Positions 49,403 through 58,413 of a stretch of DNA of 64,000 bases are shown piece by piece. Within the stretch, counting starts at the first letter, position 1, and each line of letters begins with the position of its first letter. Origin of the DNA: Escherichia phage vB_EcoM_ESCO10; sequence record OM386655.1, one strand, 5' to 3'. Below the pieces are notes generated by a model that made no database searches, had not been told where the DNA came from, and saw nothing but the letters and a program-made list of their open reading frames with translations. Both the position numbers and the translations under genes were made by a program.

Positions 49403-50437
49403 TTAGTATTTGTATTCGTTTGCGAACTGTTCAGTGACGTCTTCCAGAACTTCATAATAACATACACGCATTTTAGCATCACCGTAATCAACTGGGATAC
49501 TAACGACATCACGTGGGTTAACTTTACACGAAACTACTTTACAGCTTGAGCTACCAAAGTGGCCGATATAACTACGAGAGCAAACGTGTAGACCACTTGA
49601 ACAAGTTACTTCGTCGTCATCATTAACACGCGAACGAGGCATTTTAACTGGCTTACCTGGTGAGTTATCAAACGTACCAGTGCGACAGTCGGTGTAATCA
49701 GCGTTAACAACTTTCCATGTGATAAATTGGCCGTCTTCAGTGATTTTGATATCGTTCGCTACAAGGAAGTCGAACAGACGTTGCACAGCTTTTTCACTCG
49801 GGTTTTCTAACAGGTTCTCAAGGAACGGCAGGTAGAATTCGAAGTCTTCGCCGTTTTCCATTGAAGCAATAATACGGTCAATAAGACCGGAACGGAGTTC
49901 GATACCTTGATAGACTAGGCGACCGCCTTCAATACGAACGTTACCTTTAACGAAAGCCTTAACAGCTTCTTTAATAGAAATCAGTTTAATCGCATCATCG
50001 AAACGGGATTCTTTAAGAGCCTGTACAATGGTATCAAAATGTTTGTTCTTATTAGTGGTATTCCATACTGTACGTCCTTCAGTGATGGATACGAATTTAG
50101 TGCTTGCATTCCAAATAATTTCAGGACGCGAGCCACCAATGGTAACTTCAACCGGAACTACACGAGGCTCATTAGGAACTGTTACGGTAATATTTCCGGT
50201 AATAACCACTTTTGATGGTTCATTTAAAGGTACAGTAGGCGCTTTTTTAAGAGACTCTGCCATAGAATTAGCTACTTTAGAAAGATTAAATTCTTTATCG
50301 TTTTTAATGACCCTACGAATGGTATCAACCGAAACACTATACCACTCAGCCAGTTCTTGTTGAGTATAATTACCTGAAGCATACAGAGAAACAATTTGTT
50401 TTTGTTCGTATTCAGAGACACATTTAATATTATACAT
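49403..50437 (-). CDS. rIIB: rIIB membrane-associated rapid-lysis protein
   Basis: 344 aa immediately downstream of rIIA as in T4; T4 rIIB is 312 aa. Confidence 0.7.
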   Translation of the reverse strand: MYNIKCVSEYEQKQIVSLYASGNYTQQELAEWYSVSVDTIRRVIKNDKEFNLSKVANSMAESLKKAPTVPLNEPSKVVITGNITVTVPNEPRVVPVEVTIGGSRPEIIWNASTKFVSITEGRTVWNTTNKNKHFDTIVQALKESRFDDAIKLISIKEAVKAFVKGNVRIEGGRLVYQGIELRSGLIDRIIASMENGEDFEFYLPFLENLLENPSEKAVQRLFDFLVANDIKITEDGQFITWKVVNADYTDCRTGTFDNSPGKPVKMPRSRVNDDDEVTCSSGLHVCSRSYIGHFGSSSCKVVSCKVNPRDVVSIPVDYGDAKMRVCYYEVLEDVTEQFANEYKY

Positions 50438-50450
50438 AATATTTCCTAAG

Positions 50451-52661
50451 TTAAGCCGCTTCCACGGCTTTCATGAATTTAACGATTTGAGCTACAGAAG
50501 CCTCGGTAATGGATGTTCCACGACGATACATATAGTCTGAAACTAAATGGTAATCAGATTCAAACTGTACAGTCATTTTATCATTGTTGTTTGAAGCATT
50601 ATTGGTTAACGTATTGAACGTATTGTTACAGATTCTTTTGATAATAGAAAGTTTGTCATCAGTGATATACCCATGGAAATTCATATAACGGAATATATCA
50701 TAGAAATTACTCAGACGAGTATACGCTTCAGACACCGGCTTATCGCTGAAATACTTAGTCATAAACCCAAGCTCAGGGAACTTAGCAATTATTTCAAGAT
50801 AATACCGGGCGCGGGTATTGCTACCGATATAATCATCAATATCTACAGCATCTAATGCTTCAGCATAAGCTTCTAATGTGGCTTCCATTAGGCATTCGCA
50901 CTGGCCTAACTTTTTAATCTTTTTGGCAATCTGAGGACGAATGATATGGAATTCGGTAATACCTAACAAATTAGCCATACGAGTCATTGTAGTGGTGTTG
51001 ATATCAAAGTTACCATAAGCTTCATCCATTCCTAGGATATCAGAACGTCTACCGAACAACACATAACCTGAAATCTCTTCAGCTTCAGCCGCAGTCAAAT
51101 ACATTGTTTCTTGTTGCCAGCGACCGTCTTTAATGAACCAACGATATGCACTTGGTGTTTTAGGACGAGGTTCAGATGAACGAACTGTAACCGGAATCCA
51201 CGGCTTAACAATCTTATTCAGTTCCGAGACTTTATAAAAATGAATTGTGTCACCCTTAAAAAGAGCTTTAACTTTTTCAAGTTGCTGCATTTGCAGCATT
51301 GAATTCGGGTCAACAAAAATAAGGTCCGTTCCGTATTTAGGAATATTGTGCTCTTTAACAATTTTCTTGGCTTTGACAGAATTATCCATTGCTAGCGCCC
51401 ATAGACCTCGAACCAGAGGCACACGTCCCTTTTCGTCATCATAAACAACATGGATTTCTTTATTATTAATGCCTAATAAGCCGCTAAGTCCTGCCACGGA
51501 AGAAGTATTACCACTCGACTTAATTCGTTTCAAACGAGGGTCCGAAATAACTTCGTAAACTACACCTAAATTAACAAGGTCGTTTTGAAGCGTATAACGT
51601 TGGTACAATTTCTCGTATGTTAATTTTTCAGTTGTGAACTGTTTAGTAACACCTCTTTTAGAAAGGTATTCACGAGCACTATAACCGAGGTTAGCAAGGT
51701 CGCGATAAACATGACGCGGATTATCAGATTCCACCCATTCTTTTGTATCATTTTTAAAGACTACTGCATCTAGGGCTTCAATGCGGGTTGCAATATTTTC
51801 CATAGTACGCTTATCAAGCGACAACGCTTCACGAGATGGAGCAATATCTAATGAACCCATAGGGAACTTAATATAAACTACATCATGACGGGTACGCATC
51901 CATGTGCCTTTAATATAGGCAGAATCTAATGGATAAACAATACCGCCATAAACAGCATAAAGTCCTGAACGTTCAAAATCACCGTAGCCTGTATCAGTTA
52001 CTGAATGGTAGTCTTCGAACTCAGGGAAATAATTAACTTCGACACCATCGACATCACCTAGTCCAATGAAAGGACGCATGATATAACGAATTTCAGTTTC
52101 AAACTTACGGAAATCTTCTTCGTCAACAGGAACAGTGATTTCAATACCTGTTTTATCGCCAGGTTGCATCGGTTCGACAAAAGTAGGTTTAATCTGTGGG
52201 CCATCACCATCCATATAAGCTACATAACCACGAACTTCACCATTATGCCATGATGTAATGTTAAACGTTTCTGTATAACTAAATGGAGATTTCGAACCAA
52301 GTCCAAAGCCGCCAATAAAATCGTTAGAAGCCGTTTTGGATGAAGCGAAATAAGAGTTATACAAACCTGTTTCATTTTCATCACCACGAATCTGGAAATC
52401 ACTCATGCCTGGGCCGAAGTCTCGACATACGAAACGTGGGTCAAGCTTACCAGGAACCTGTACTTTCCAACGTTCTTTATTACCATTCAGAATATGGGCA
52501 TCAATCATGTTGGTGATTAGTTCACGAACTACAGCACGTACCTTATTACTATAAAGGTCTGATGACAAAATTTTAAAGACCTTAGGAGAAGCCTGGATAG
52601 TAAAGCCTGTAGACTTAGAGCCGTTACCGATGATTTGTTCTTTTTCAGTTTCAATAATCAT
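50451..52661 (-). CDS. rIIA: rIIA protein
   Basis: 736 aa; N-terminus closely matches recalled T4 rIIA (MII.TEKE.I.GNGSKS..F.I.ASPKVFKILSSDLY.NK.RAVVRELITNMIDAH). Confidence 0.85.
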   Translation of the reverse strand: MIIETEKEQIIGNGSKSTGFTIQASPKVFKILSSDLYSNKVRAVVRELITNMIDAHILNGNKERWKVQVPGKLDPRFVCRDFGPGMSDFQIRGDENETGLYNSYFASSKTASNDFIGGFGLGSKSPFSYTETFNITSWHNGEVRGYVAYMDGDGPQIKPTFVEPMQPGDKTGIEITVPVDEEDFRKFETEIRYIMRPFIGLGDVDGVEVNYFPEFEDYHSVTDTGYGDFERSGLYAVYGGIVYPLDSAYIKGTWMRTRHDVVYIKFPMGSLDIAPSREALSLDKRTMENIATRIEALDAVVFKNDTKEWVESDNPRHVYRDLANLGYSAREYLSKRGVTKQFTTEKLTYEKLYQRYTLQNDLVNLGVVYEVISDPRLKRIKSSGNTSSVAGLSGLLGINNKEIHVVYDDEKGRVPLVRGLWALAMDNSVKAKKIVKEHNIPKYGTDLIFVDPNSMLQMQQLEKVKALFKGDTIHFYKVSELNKIVKPWIPVTVRSSEPRPKTPSAYRWFIKDGRWQQETMYLTAAEAEEISGYVLFGRRSDILGMDEAYGNFDINTTTMTRMANLLGITEFHIIRPQIAKKIKKLGQCECLMEATLEAYAEALDAVDIDDYIGSNTRARYYLEIIAKFPELGFMTKYFSDKPVSEAYTRLSNFYDIFRYMNFHGYITDDKLSIIKRICNNTFNTLTNNASNNNDKMTVQFESDYHLVSDYMYRRGTSITEASVAQIVKFMKAVEAA

Positions 52662-52668
52662 ATTTTTC

Positions 52669-52872
52669 TCAATTCAGGTTACGTTTAAAAATATCTGCTA
52701 CTTCAAGGAGCTCATCCTTAGTAGCGATGTCGTTGAGTATTTTATACCGTATTTCCTTAAAGCGTTCTTTAAAATCTTCAGCCGCATTGATATCAAAAAA
52801 TCTCTGAATTAGCCGGAATTCTTTGTGGACCGCTTTATCAAACAAATCAATATTGACTTTAAAGTTTGTCAT
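52669..52872 (-). CDS. hypothetical protein (67 aa)
   Basis: Track ORF directly upstream of rIIA. Confidence 0.45.
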   Translation of the reverse strand: MTNFKVNIDLFDKAVHKEFRLIQRFFDINAAEDFKERFKEIRYKILNDIATKDELLEVADIFKRNLN

Positions 52873-53182
52873 TTTTAACTACCTCATGTTGAACATATTC
52901 TCTGGTAGAACCTAGTTCAGCCAGAATTCTTCTCATAGAACCCATTGTGCTTTTGTGCTCTCTATGGCGATACATTATCTCTAAAACCTTTTCCTGGACA
53001 ACACGAGAGAGCGCCTGGTTATCTTTAATCTTTAAGGCAATAGATTTTACAGCCTTGAGATATTCGAGTCCCTTGCCGCTTGTAATCACTATTCCTTCAT
53101 CTCTACAATTGCTAATTGCAGTCTCCATAAAAGACAAGGCCAAGTTGTCGGTATTCACTATACTATTATCTTGCATAATCAT
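52859..53182 (-). CDS. hypothetical protein (107 aa)
   Basis: Track ORF; RBS GAGG; promoter at 53201..53230. Confidence 0.45.
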   Translation of the reverse strand: MIMQDNSIVNTDNLALSFMETAISNCRDEGIVITSGKGLEYLKAVKSIALKIKDNQALSRVVQEKVLEIMYRHREHKSTMGSMRRILAELGSTREYVQHEVVKNDKL

Positions 53183-53200
53183 ATTATCACCTCTTAGAGA

Positions 53201-53230
53201 ATCATATCACACTTTTAATCTGGTGTAAAC
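53201..53230 (-). promoter_or_regulatory. early promoter GTTTAC-N18-TATGAT
   Basis: Upstream of ORF 52859..53182; -35 overlaps the U-run of the preceding terminator. Confidence 0.4.
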
Positions 53231-53237
53231 CCTAAAA

Positions 53238-53253
53238 AGGGCCTTGCGGCCCT
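53238..53253 (-). terminator. GNRA-tetraloop terminator AGGGCC-gcaa-GGCCCU plus U-run
   Basis: Perfect 6-bp stem followed on minus strand by TTTTTAGGGTTT; directly after stop of ORF 53257..53409. Confidence 0.5.
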
Positions 53254-53256
53254 TGC

Positions 53257-53409
53257 TTATTCGATTTTGTAGACTTGTCCGTAAACTTGATAAAATTCGC
53301 CTTCCCAGGTTTCTACCATAATGGTCACATACTCTGCGAACAAAGGTCTCTTCTCGGCCCAGAGGTATCCAAATTCACCGGTGGCTAATGTTATCCAGTA
53401 CTTTCTCAT
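53257..53409 (-). CDS. small protein (50 aa), not in ORF track
   Basis: MRKYWITLATGEFGYLWAEKRPLFAEYVTIMVETWEGEFYQVYGQVYKIE; strong SD AGGAG 5 nt upstream; downstream of gp39. Confidence 0.45.
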   Translation of the reverse strand: MRKYWITLATGEFGYLWAEKRPLFAEYVTIMVETWEGEFYQVYGQVYKIE

Positions 53410-53451
53410 AAAGTCTCCTTTTATACGGTACTCATGTACCGTACGTATTTA

Positions 53452-55269
53452 TTACGACATCCAAGCCTTACGAAGCTGTGGGTCATTTCCAAGGAGCATT
53501 TCGAACTGGTCTTTCCAATCTTCAGGTAATTGGACCACATCAAATTTAGGGTCTTGAATCATTCGGCGGTATTCAGCCTTCTCAAGAGAACCGAGACCTT
53601 TGATATAACGAATAGAATGTTTAGGCAACTTATCCTTAGCTTCATTATAAGACGGAACATCATAGAACCATTCCTGTTCTTTACCAACCTGTGCAATAAT
53701 TACCGGAGTTTTACAGAAACGAATTCGTCCCTGTTCAAACAATTCAGGCCATTGACTAAAGAAGGCTAATAACGAAGGATAAATCGAACCTGTACCATCC
53801 ACATCGGCGTCAGTCATGATAGCGATATTACGATAGTTGGTTTTATTTGCAGGTTCGCCAATAATTAATCCTGTGATTGCACAGATATCAAATAGTTCCT
53901 TGTTCTTCATGATATCAGCAGCAGTCATACCCCAGGTATTCATAACCTTACCGCGTAACGGATAACCGCCTTGGAGGTCTTTATTACGAACCTCAATGAA
54001 AGGGCCCATTGCAGAATCACCTTCGGTTAAGAACAGAGTCGTATCAGCATCTTTGCTGTACATATTGGCTTTAATATGCTTATGGACCTTAGCTTTCGAA
54101 GCTTTCTTAGCAGCTTTAGTTTCGGCTGCCTTTTCAGCTGCTAATTTACGTGCTAAAGCAGCTTCGATAATAGGCATAATCAGCCCATCAACTTTAAGAA
54201 TAGCTTGAGCAATTTTCTTAGCATCAATTTGGATATGATTACGAATCTCTCCAAATGGAGAGGTCAAACGTTCTTTAGTCTGTGAATCAAAACGCATATT
54301 GCTCATATCACGAATGAACATAACCATAGTAAGGCATTCTTTAACACGGGCCTTGGTTACTTCGATTCCACGATATTTCTTTTTAATACCTGGCAGAAGG
54401 TGCTCACAAATATCATCGAATACACATTCAACATGGTGGCCGCCATTCTTGGTATGAATATTGTTTACATACGTCAATTGACGGAACCCGTCCGGAGAAG
54501 GAGTAAATGCCATCGAAACATTATCAGTTTCCTGGATTACAAAGTCTTCACCAAATTGCTTAGCATACTTTTTAAAGTTACCATCTACTTTTTTACCGTT
54601 AAAAGTAAATTGGATATCCGGATAAATTACGGCCAGTGTTTGAAGTCGGTCTAATGTAATATCCAGATAAATTTGGGACAGACTATTTTCTTCAAAATGA
54701 TTAAAGTCTGGGGTGAATATAACTGAAGTACCTTTACCTTTAGATTTCTTGGTAGACCAACCTTTGTTTTCCATTCCATTGGAACAGTTAACTGTAATCT
54801 CATTCTCGCCATCAGAGGTGATGCCTGTGAACAAAACAGAGAAGATATTAGTTAAACTACTACCGACGCCATTCATGCCACCTGTCTTACGCTCTGCGTC
54901 ATCTCCAAAGTTACCACCTGCCTTTGGAATAGTCCATGCAGCTACAGGGCCCGGAATTTGTTCACCGTTTTGATCGGTAACCATTGCTTGCGGAATACCA
55001 CGGCCATTATCAGAAACTGAAACCTGGTTATTCTTAATTTGGACATCAATTTTATTTGCGAATTTAAAATTGGTACGAATAGCTTCATCCACAGAGTTAT
55101 CGATGATTTCGTCAATCAGTTTTACCAGGCCAGGAACATAGTTCACCTGCGTAAAATTACCGAACAGGAATCGCCCATGAGCTTCATTAGCACTTGAACC
55201 GATATACATCCCACTACGTTTTTTGATATGTTCAATGTCGGACAGTACTTTAATTTCATTCTTAATCAT
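53452..55269 (-). CDS. 39: DNA topoisomerase II large (ATPase) subunit, intact gp39 (605 aa, no gene 60 split)
   Basis: GHKL ATPase and TOPRIM-like segments in one continuous ORF; RBS GAGGAAATAAC-ATG. Confidence 0.8.
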   Translation of the reverse strand: MIKNEIKVLSDIEHIKKRSGMYIGSSANEAHGRFLFGNFTQVNYVPGLVKLIDEIIDNSVDEAIRTNFKFANKIDVQIKNNQVSVSDNGRGIPQAMVTDQNGEQIPGPVAAWTIPKAGGNFGDDAERKTGGMNGVGSSLTNIFSVLFTGITSDGENEITVNCSNGMENKGWSTKKSKGKGTSVIFTPDFNHFEENSLSQIYLDITLDRLQTLAVIYPDIQFTFNGKKVDGNFKKYAKQFGEDFVIQETDNVSMAFTPSPDGFRQLTYVNNIHTKNGGHHVECVFDDICEHLLPGIKKKYRGIEVTKARVKECLTMVMFIRDMSNMRFDSQTKERLTSPFGEIRNHIQIDAKKIAQAILKVDGLIMPIIEAALARKLAAEKAAETKAAKKASKAKVHKHIKANMYSKDADTTLFLTEGDSAMGPFIEVRNKDLQGGYPLRGKVMNTWGMTAADIMKNKELFDICAITGLIIGEPANKTNYRNIAIMTDADVDGTGSIYPSLLAFFSQWPELFEQGRIRFCKTPVIIAQVGKEQEWFYDVPSYNEAKDKLPKHSIRYIKGLGSLEKAEYRRMIQDPKFDVVQLPEDWKDQFEMLLGNDPQLRKAWMS

Positions 55270-55293
55270 GTTATTTCCTCATGTAGTAGGAGA

Positions 55294-55322
55294 ATATTAT
55301 CCCATTTAAATTAAAGCATAAA
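55294..55322 (-). promoter_or_regulatory. MotA-dependent middle promoter for gene 39
   Basis: minus strand taTGCTTTAa - 12 nt - TAATAT about 25 nt upstream of gp39 ATG. Confidence 0.45.
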
Positions 55323-55337
55323 AGGGCCGAAGCCCTT
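55322..55337 (-). promoter_or_regulatory. UUCG-tetraloop hairpin AAGGGC-uucg-GCCCUU
   Basis: Perfect 6-bp stem at the stop of the lipoprotein gene, upstream of the gp39 promoter. Confidence 0.4.
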
Positions 55338-55596
55338 ATTCAAATCGAATGGTGGAGTTTTTGAACAGCAAACCAGAACAAACAGTACCTTTAACAGTTT
55401 TACCGGTAGGTCCGACAGCTTTAAAGCCTGTACGTTGGAAATCATCTTCAGAACATCCAAACAAGCTATAACCAGTGATTTGAACTTGTTCAAAACCATT
55501 GGCATTCAAAACCTTAGTAGCATTATCGGCGTCAGTGCACCCGACCAGCGAAACAGCAAGAACCAGTGCAGCAATAGTACGATTTACGTATTTCAT
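55336..55596 (-). CDS. predicted lipoprotein (86 aa)
   Basis: Signal peptide with lipobox LVGC (MKYVNRTIAALVLAVSLVGCTD); two further Cys in the mature part. Confidence 0.55.
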   Translation of the reverse strand: MKYVNRTIAALVLAVSLVGCTDADNATKVLNANGFEQVQITGYSLFGCSEDDFQRTGFKAVGPTGKTVKGTVCSGLLFKNSTIRFE

Positions 55597-55602
55597 ATTT
55601 TC

Positions 55603-55776
55603 TCACTTAAGCAGGTCATAGAACCCGCCGTTAACATGTTTAGGAGCCGAGACTAACCGAACAGCCAGCCGATGGCAATCAGGACAAACATCAGTATCTC
55701 TTTCAGAGATTTTCTTGATTTTCTCGTATTCTTTCGCACAGTCTTCAGATTGGCATTTGTAATCATAAAGTGGCAT
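55603..55776 (-). CDS. zinc-ribbon protein, FmdB-like (57 aa), not in ORF track
   Basis: MPLYDYKCQSEDCAKEYEKIKKISERDTDVCPDCHRLAV.. with CxxxC ... CxxC spacing; SD AAGGA upstream; stop 6 nt before lipoprotein ATG. Confidence 0.45.
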   Translation of the reverse strand: MPLYDYKCQSEDCAKEYEKIKKISERDTDVCPDCHRLAVRLVSAPKHVNGGFYDLLK

Positions 55777-55782
55777 TCTAAA

Positions 55783-56172
55783 TTATTCCTTAAAGTGAGC
55801 TTTCAACATCTGGAAAACTGACCAGGCTTCTTCATTATTACTAATGGTGATTTTAGTCAACGGGAATGCAGTGATTTCTGGAGCTTCAGTTTCTTCATCG
55901 TCAGGTACACCGTCTTCATCAATAGCATATTCGGTAAAGAATTTTCTCTCTGTTGGATGAATGAACAAATCTCTAGTTTCGCAGTCCCATAATAAGGCTT
56001 GGCAGACTATGCCTTTATTAATAGATGCAGCTCTAAAAGCCCCAGCCTCATCAATCCATTTAGCCACCATAGCATAATAAACGGGTTTCATAGAAGAAAA
56101 TTCATTCATAGAAGCCTGGTCTTTAAACTGGTACCATTTACCAAATTCAAATTTAGATTCTTTATTAAGCAT
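55783..56172 (-). CDS. hypothetical protein (129 aa)
   Basis: Track ORF 55783..56265 trimmed to MLNKESKFEF.. with perfect SD GGAGG; overlaps upstream stop (ATGCTTAA). Confidence 0.45.
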   Translation of the reverse strand: MLNKESKFEFGKWYQFKDQASMNEFSSMKPVYYAMVAKWIDEAGAFRAASINKGIVCQALLWDCETRDLFIHPTERKFFTEYAIDEDGVPDDEETEAPEITAFPLTKITISNNEEAWSVFQMLKAHFKE

Positions 56173-56383
56173 TATAGGTCTCCTTCCAGAAGTCGGTGCC
56201 TTCAGCAGTGATTTCACGGAACACACCGTAAATAGGATTTTTATCATCTTGATTTTCGTATACATAAATCGATGATAAGTGAGAAAAAGTATCAGAGTGT
56301 TCCTTTTGGACCACGATTAAATCAGGGTTGAACAGAACGTCTTCAAATTCTTCACGGGTCAAGTTCACGGTAACTTTAGCCAT
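56165..56383 (-). CDS. hypothetical protein (72 aa)
   Basis: Track ORF 56165..56431 trimmed to MAKVTVNLTREEF.. with RBS GAGGA; track N-terminus is promoter read-through. Confidence 0.45.
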   Translation of the reverse strand: MAKVTVNLTREEFEDVLFNPDLIVVQKEHSDTFSHLSSIYVYENQDDKNPIYGVFREITAEGTDFWKETYNA

Positions 56384-56412
56384 TTTATTTTCCTCATCTA
56401 CACTTGTTTTTT

Positions 56413-56451
56413 GATAGGGTAATCTTATCACTACCCTATATTGTTGTACAC
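56413..56451 (-). promoter_or_regulatory. early-type promoter (GTGTAC-N18-TAAGAT) with -10 inside inverted repeat
   Basis: AGGGTA ... TACCCT flanks the -10; upstream of ORF 56165..56383. Confidence 0.3.
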
Positions 56452-56464
56452 TACTTTTTAAACT

Positions 56465-57031
56465 TTATGCACGATGAATATTGGCATACTCGACGATAAA
56501 GCTTTCAGGAACCACCTTAAAGGTTCCTATGAATACGATGTTATAGAGCTTAACACCTTCTTCAACCCACTGGTCAGTGATGTACCCAGACATGCTAGTG
56601 GTTTCATAAGTACCAAACTCTTCATCAATATATTCAAATGGTTTAGGTGAAACGAAAAAGACGCCTTGACCTAATTTCCATTTAAAATCAACACCAACAT
56701 GAGACTGGTCAATGGTTTCAACTTCTTGAGCCGGCACGCCACGGATATCATTGCTTTCGCACACATATCCATCATGAGATTCAACTTCTTCAACTACAGG
56801 AGCGACATATCCGGTAAATTCAGTTGATTCCAGGAATTTAGCACGCACATAAGCGAATTGGGTTTCCGTCTGGCCATTTTTAGGAATGATGCGTACTTTT
56901 ACTTCAGAGTTTTCAGGGCAGACACCTTCTTTAAGTTGAATACTAACAACTTCAACTAAACGGCCTGCAGCTTTTGAACGAGATTGTTTGGATACGCGAA
57001 CGATACCACCGATATTGGAAATAGAAATCAT
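56465..57031 (-). CDS. hypothetical protein (188 aa), paralog family member
   Basis: C-terminal block GYITDQWVEEGVKLYNIVFIGTFKVVPESFIV shared with the adjacent 247-aa protein. Confidence 0.5.
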   Translation of the reverse strand: MISISNIGGIVRVSKQSRSKAAGRLVEVVSIQLKEGVCPENSEVKVRIIPKNGQTETQFAYVRAKFLESTEFTGYVAPVVEEVESHDGYVCESNDIRGVPAQEVETIDQSHVGVDFKWKLGQGVFFVSPKPFEYIDEEFGTYETTSMSGYITDQWVEEGVKLYNIVFIGTFKVVPESFIVEYANIHRA

Positions 57032-57067
57032 AATTTTTCTCTCTTGGTTAAAGGTTTATTCTCCATG

Positions 57068-57102
57068 AGAGCCATTATAACATGGCTCTCGATAAAGTAA
57101 AC
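57068..57102 (-). promoter_or_regulatory. early promoter GTTTAC-N17-TATAAT, -10 inside inverted repeat
   Basis: GAGCCAT ... ATGGCTC flanks the -10; upstream of ORF 56465..57031. Confidence 0.5.
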
Positions 57103-57104
57103 TA

Positions 57105-57848
57105 TTAGTTCAAAACATTCACAACTGCACTACGAGGTACTACACTAAAATCACCAGCATGGACAACATTCAGAAGCTCAACGCCATCTTCAATCCATTG
57201 GTCTGTTACCCACCCACAGATAGGATTATCAAAAGGACGACGGACGCTTACTGGCTTACACAACAAATCGGACGGGTCTTGTTCGACTTCGACTTCACGG
57301 AAAAGGCCGAATTCAGCTTCATAGATAACAATTTTCTCTACTTTGTTATTATCTAACCGGCGACCGTAGATGACGTAAGATTTAGCAAACCAGTCGCTTT
57401 TGGTAAATTTTTCAACAACAAATGCACCTTCGCCGAAAACCTCGGACAAGGTTTTATAGCCAGAAACCAAGGCCTTAGTTTTAACTGCAGGTTCGACTAA
57501 TTGATAGGTTTTGTTAGTTTCGATAGTCATAATAGGTTCCTTAATTTCCAGTGGTTTAACAGGGCCTACATAAGTGCTTACAACATCAAAATCGATAAGC
57601 TGATTAGGAACTAAACGAATAAAGGCAGCCATTTCTCGTTGCGACAATCGAATAGTATGGATTTCGGGTCCGCCACATTCTTGAACTGTTACAGATTTAA
57701 TATTATCAAGCTCATCAGGCCCAATAGAAAGAATACGAAATTCATTGCCTTTAGTCATCTTTTTAAGGATATCATAAGCTTGGTTGTAGAGCTTAAGTTC
57801 AGCGTACGGGGTAACGATGTATTTGGCATTCGGATCGAAAGTGTTCAT
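57105..57848 (-). CDS. hypothetical protein (247 aa), paralog family member
   Basis: C-terminal block CGWVTDQWIEDGVELLNVVHAGDFSVVPRSAVV shared with the adjacent 188-aa protein. Confidence 0.5.
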   Translation of the reverse strand: MNTFDPNAKYIVTPYAELKLYNQAYDILKKMTKGNEFRILSIGPDELDNIKSVTVQECGGPEIHTIRLSQREMAAFIRLVPNQLIDFDVVSTYVGPVKPLEIKEPIMTIETNKTYQLVEPAVKTKALVSGYKTLSEVFGEGAFVVEKFTKSDWFAKSYVIYGRRLDNNKVEKIVIYEAEFGLFREVEVEQDPSDLLCKPVSVRRPFDNPICGWVTDQWIEDGVELLNVVHAGDFSVVPRSAVVNVLN

Positions 57849-58354
57849 AATTTTCTCATTTCAATAAAATCTACGAGTTCAGCATGGGATTTGCGGAACA
57901 TTACTTGGTGGTCACCAATGACAACCTCATCTTCAGGAATTTCGTAAACAGCAAGATAGAATCCTTTAGAAGATAATTCTTCGCGTTCTTCACGAGTGAA
58001 CCACCGCATCATATCATACTCGCTGGCAAAAGCAAAATGGTAGAGGTTAACAAACCAGCTAGGGATATAGTTATCTACATCTTTATAATCTTCATGTTTG
58101 AATTTGGTTTTAATTACTGCGTTAGAATTTCTAACCAACAGCTCGTCTTGACTAGGTAGCGGAATGTTTTTATTATTAGTATGATGGTGTCTAAAATTAG
58201 GTCTGTCGAACCCCACTTCTAATAACCATCCTTCACTCCATTCATCAAATGAGCCTCTATACGGTGTTAATTGGCGACATTGTTGGCGGGTGATTGCGAT
58301 AACATCGCCGTTATCTAAGATACTGAACGATGACTCGACTCGATAAATTTTCAT
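57845..58354 (-). CDS. hypothetical protein (169 aa)
   Basis: Track ORF; ATGA overlap with downstream gene; RBS GAGGAG; promoter at 58381..58409. Confidence 0.5.
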   Translation of the reverse strand: MKIYRVESSFSILDNGDVIAITRQQCRQLTPYRGSFDEWSEGWLLEVGFDRPNFRHHHTNNKNIPLPSQDELLVRNSNAVIKTKFKHEDYKDVDNYIPSWFVNLYHFAFASEYDMMRWFTREEREELSSKGFYLAVYEIPEDEVVIGDHQVMFRKSHAELVDFIEMRKL

Positions 58355-58380
58355 TTTGTTCTCCTCATGTTGATAGGGCT

Positions 58381-58409
58381 ATAGTATCATATCATGAGGA
58401 GAAGTAAAC
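58381..58409 (-). promoter_or_regulatory. early promoter GTTTAC-N17-TACTAT
   Basis: Upstream of ORF 57845..58354. Confidence 0.5.
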
Positions 58410-58413
58410 ACTT

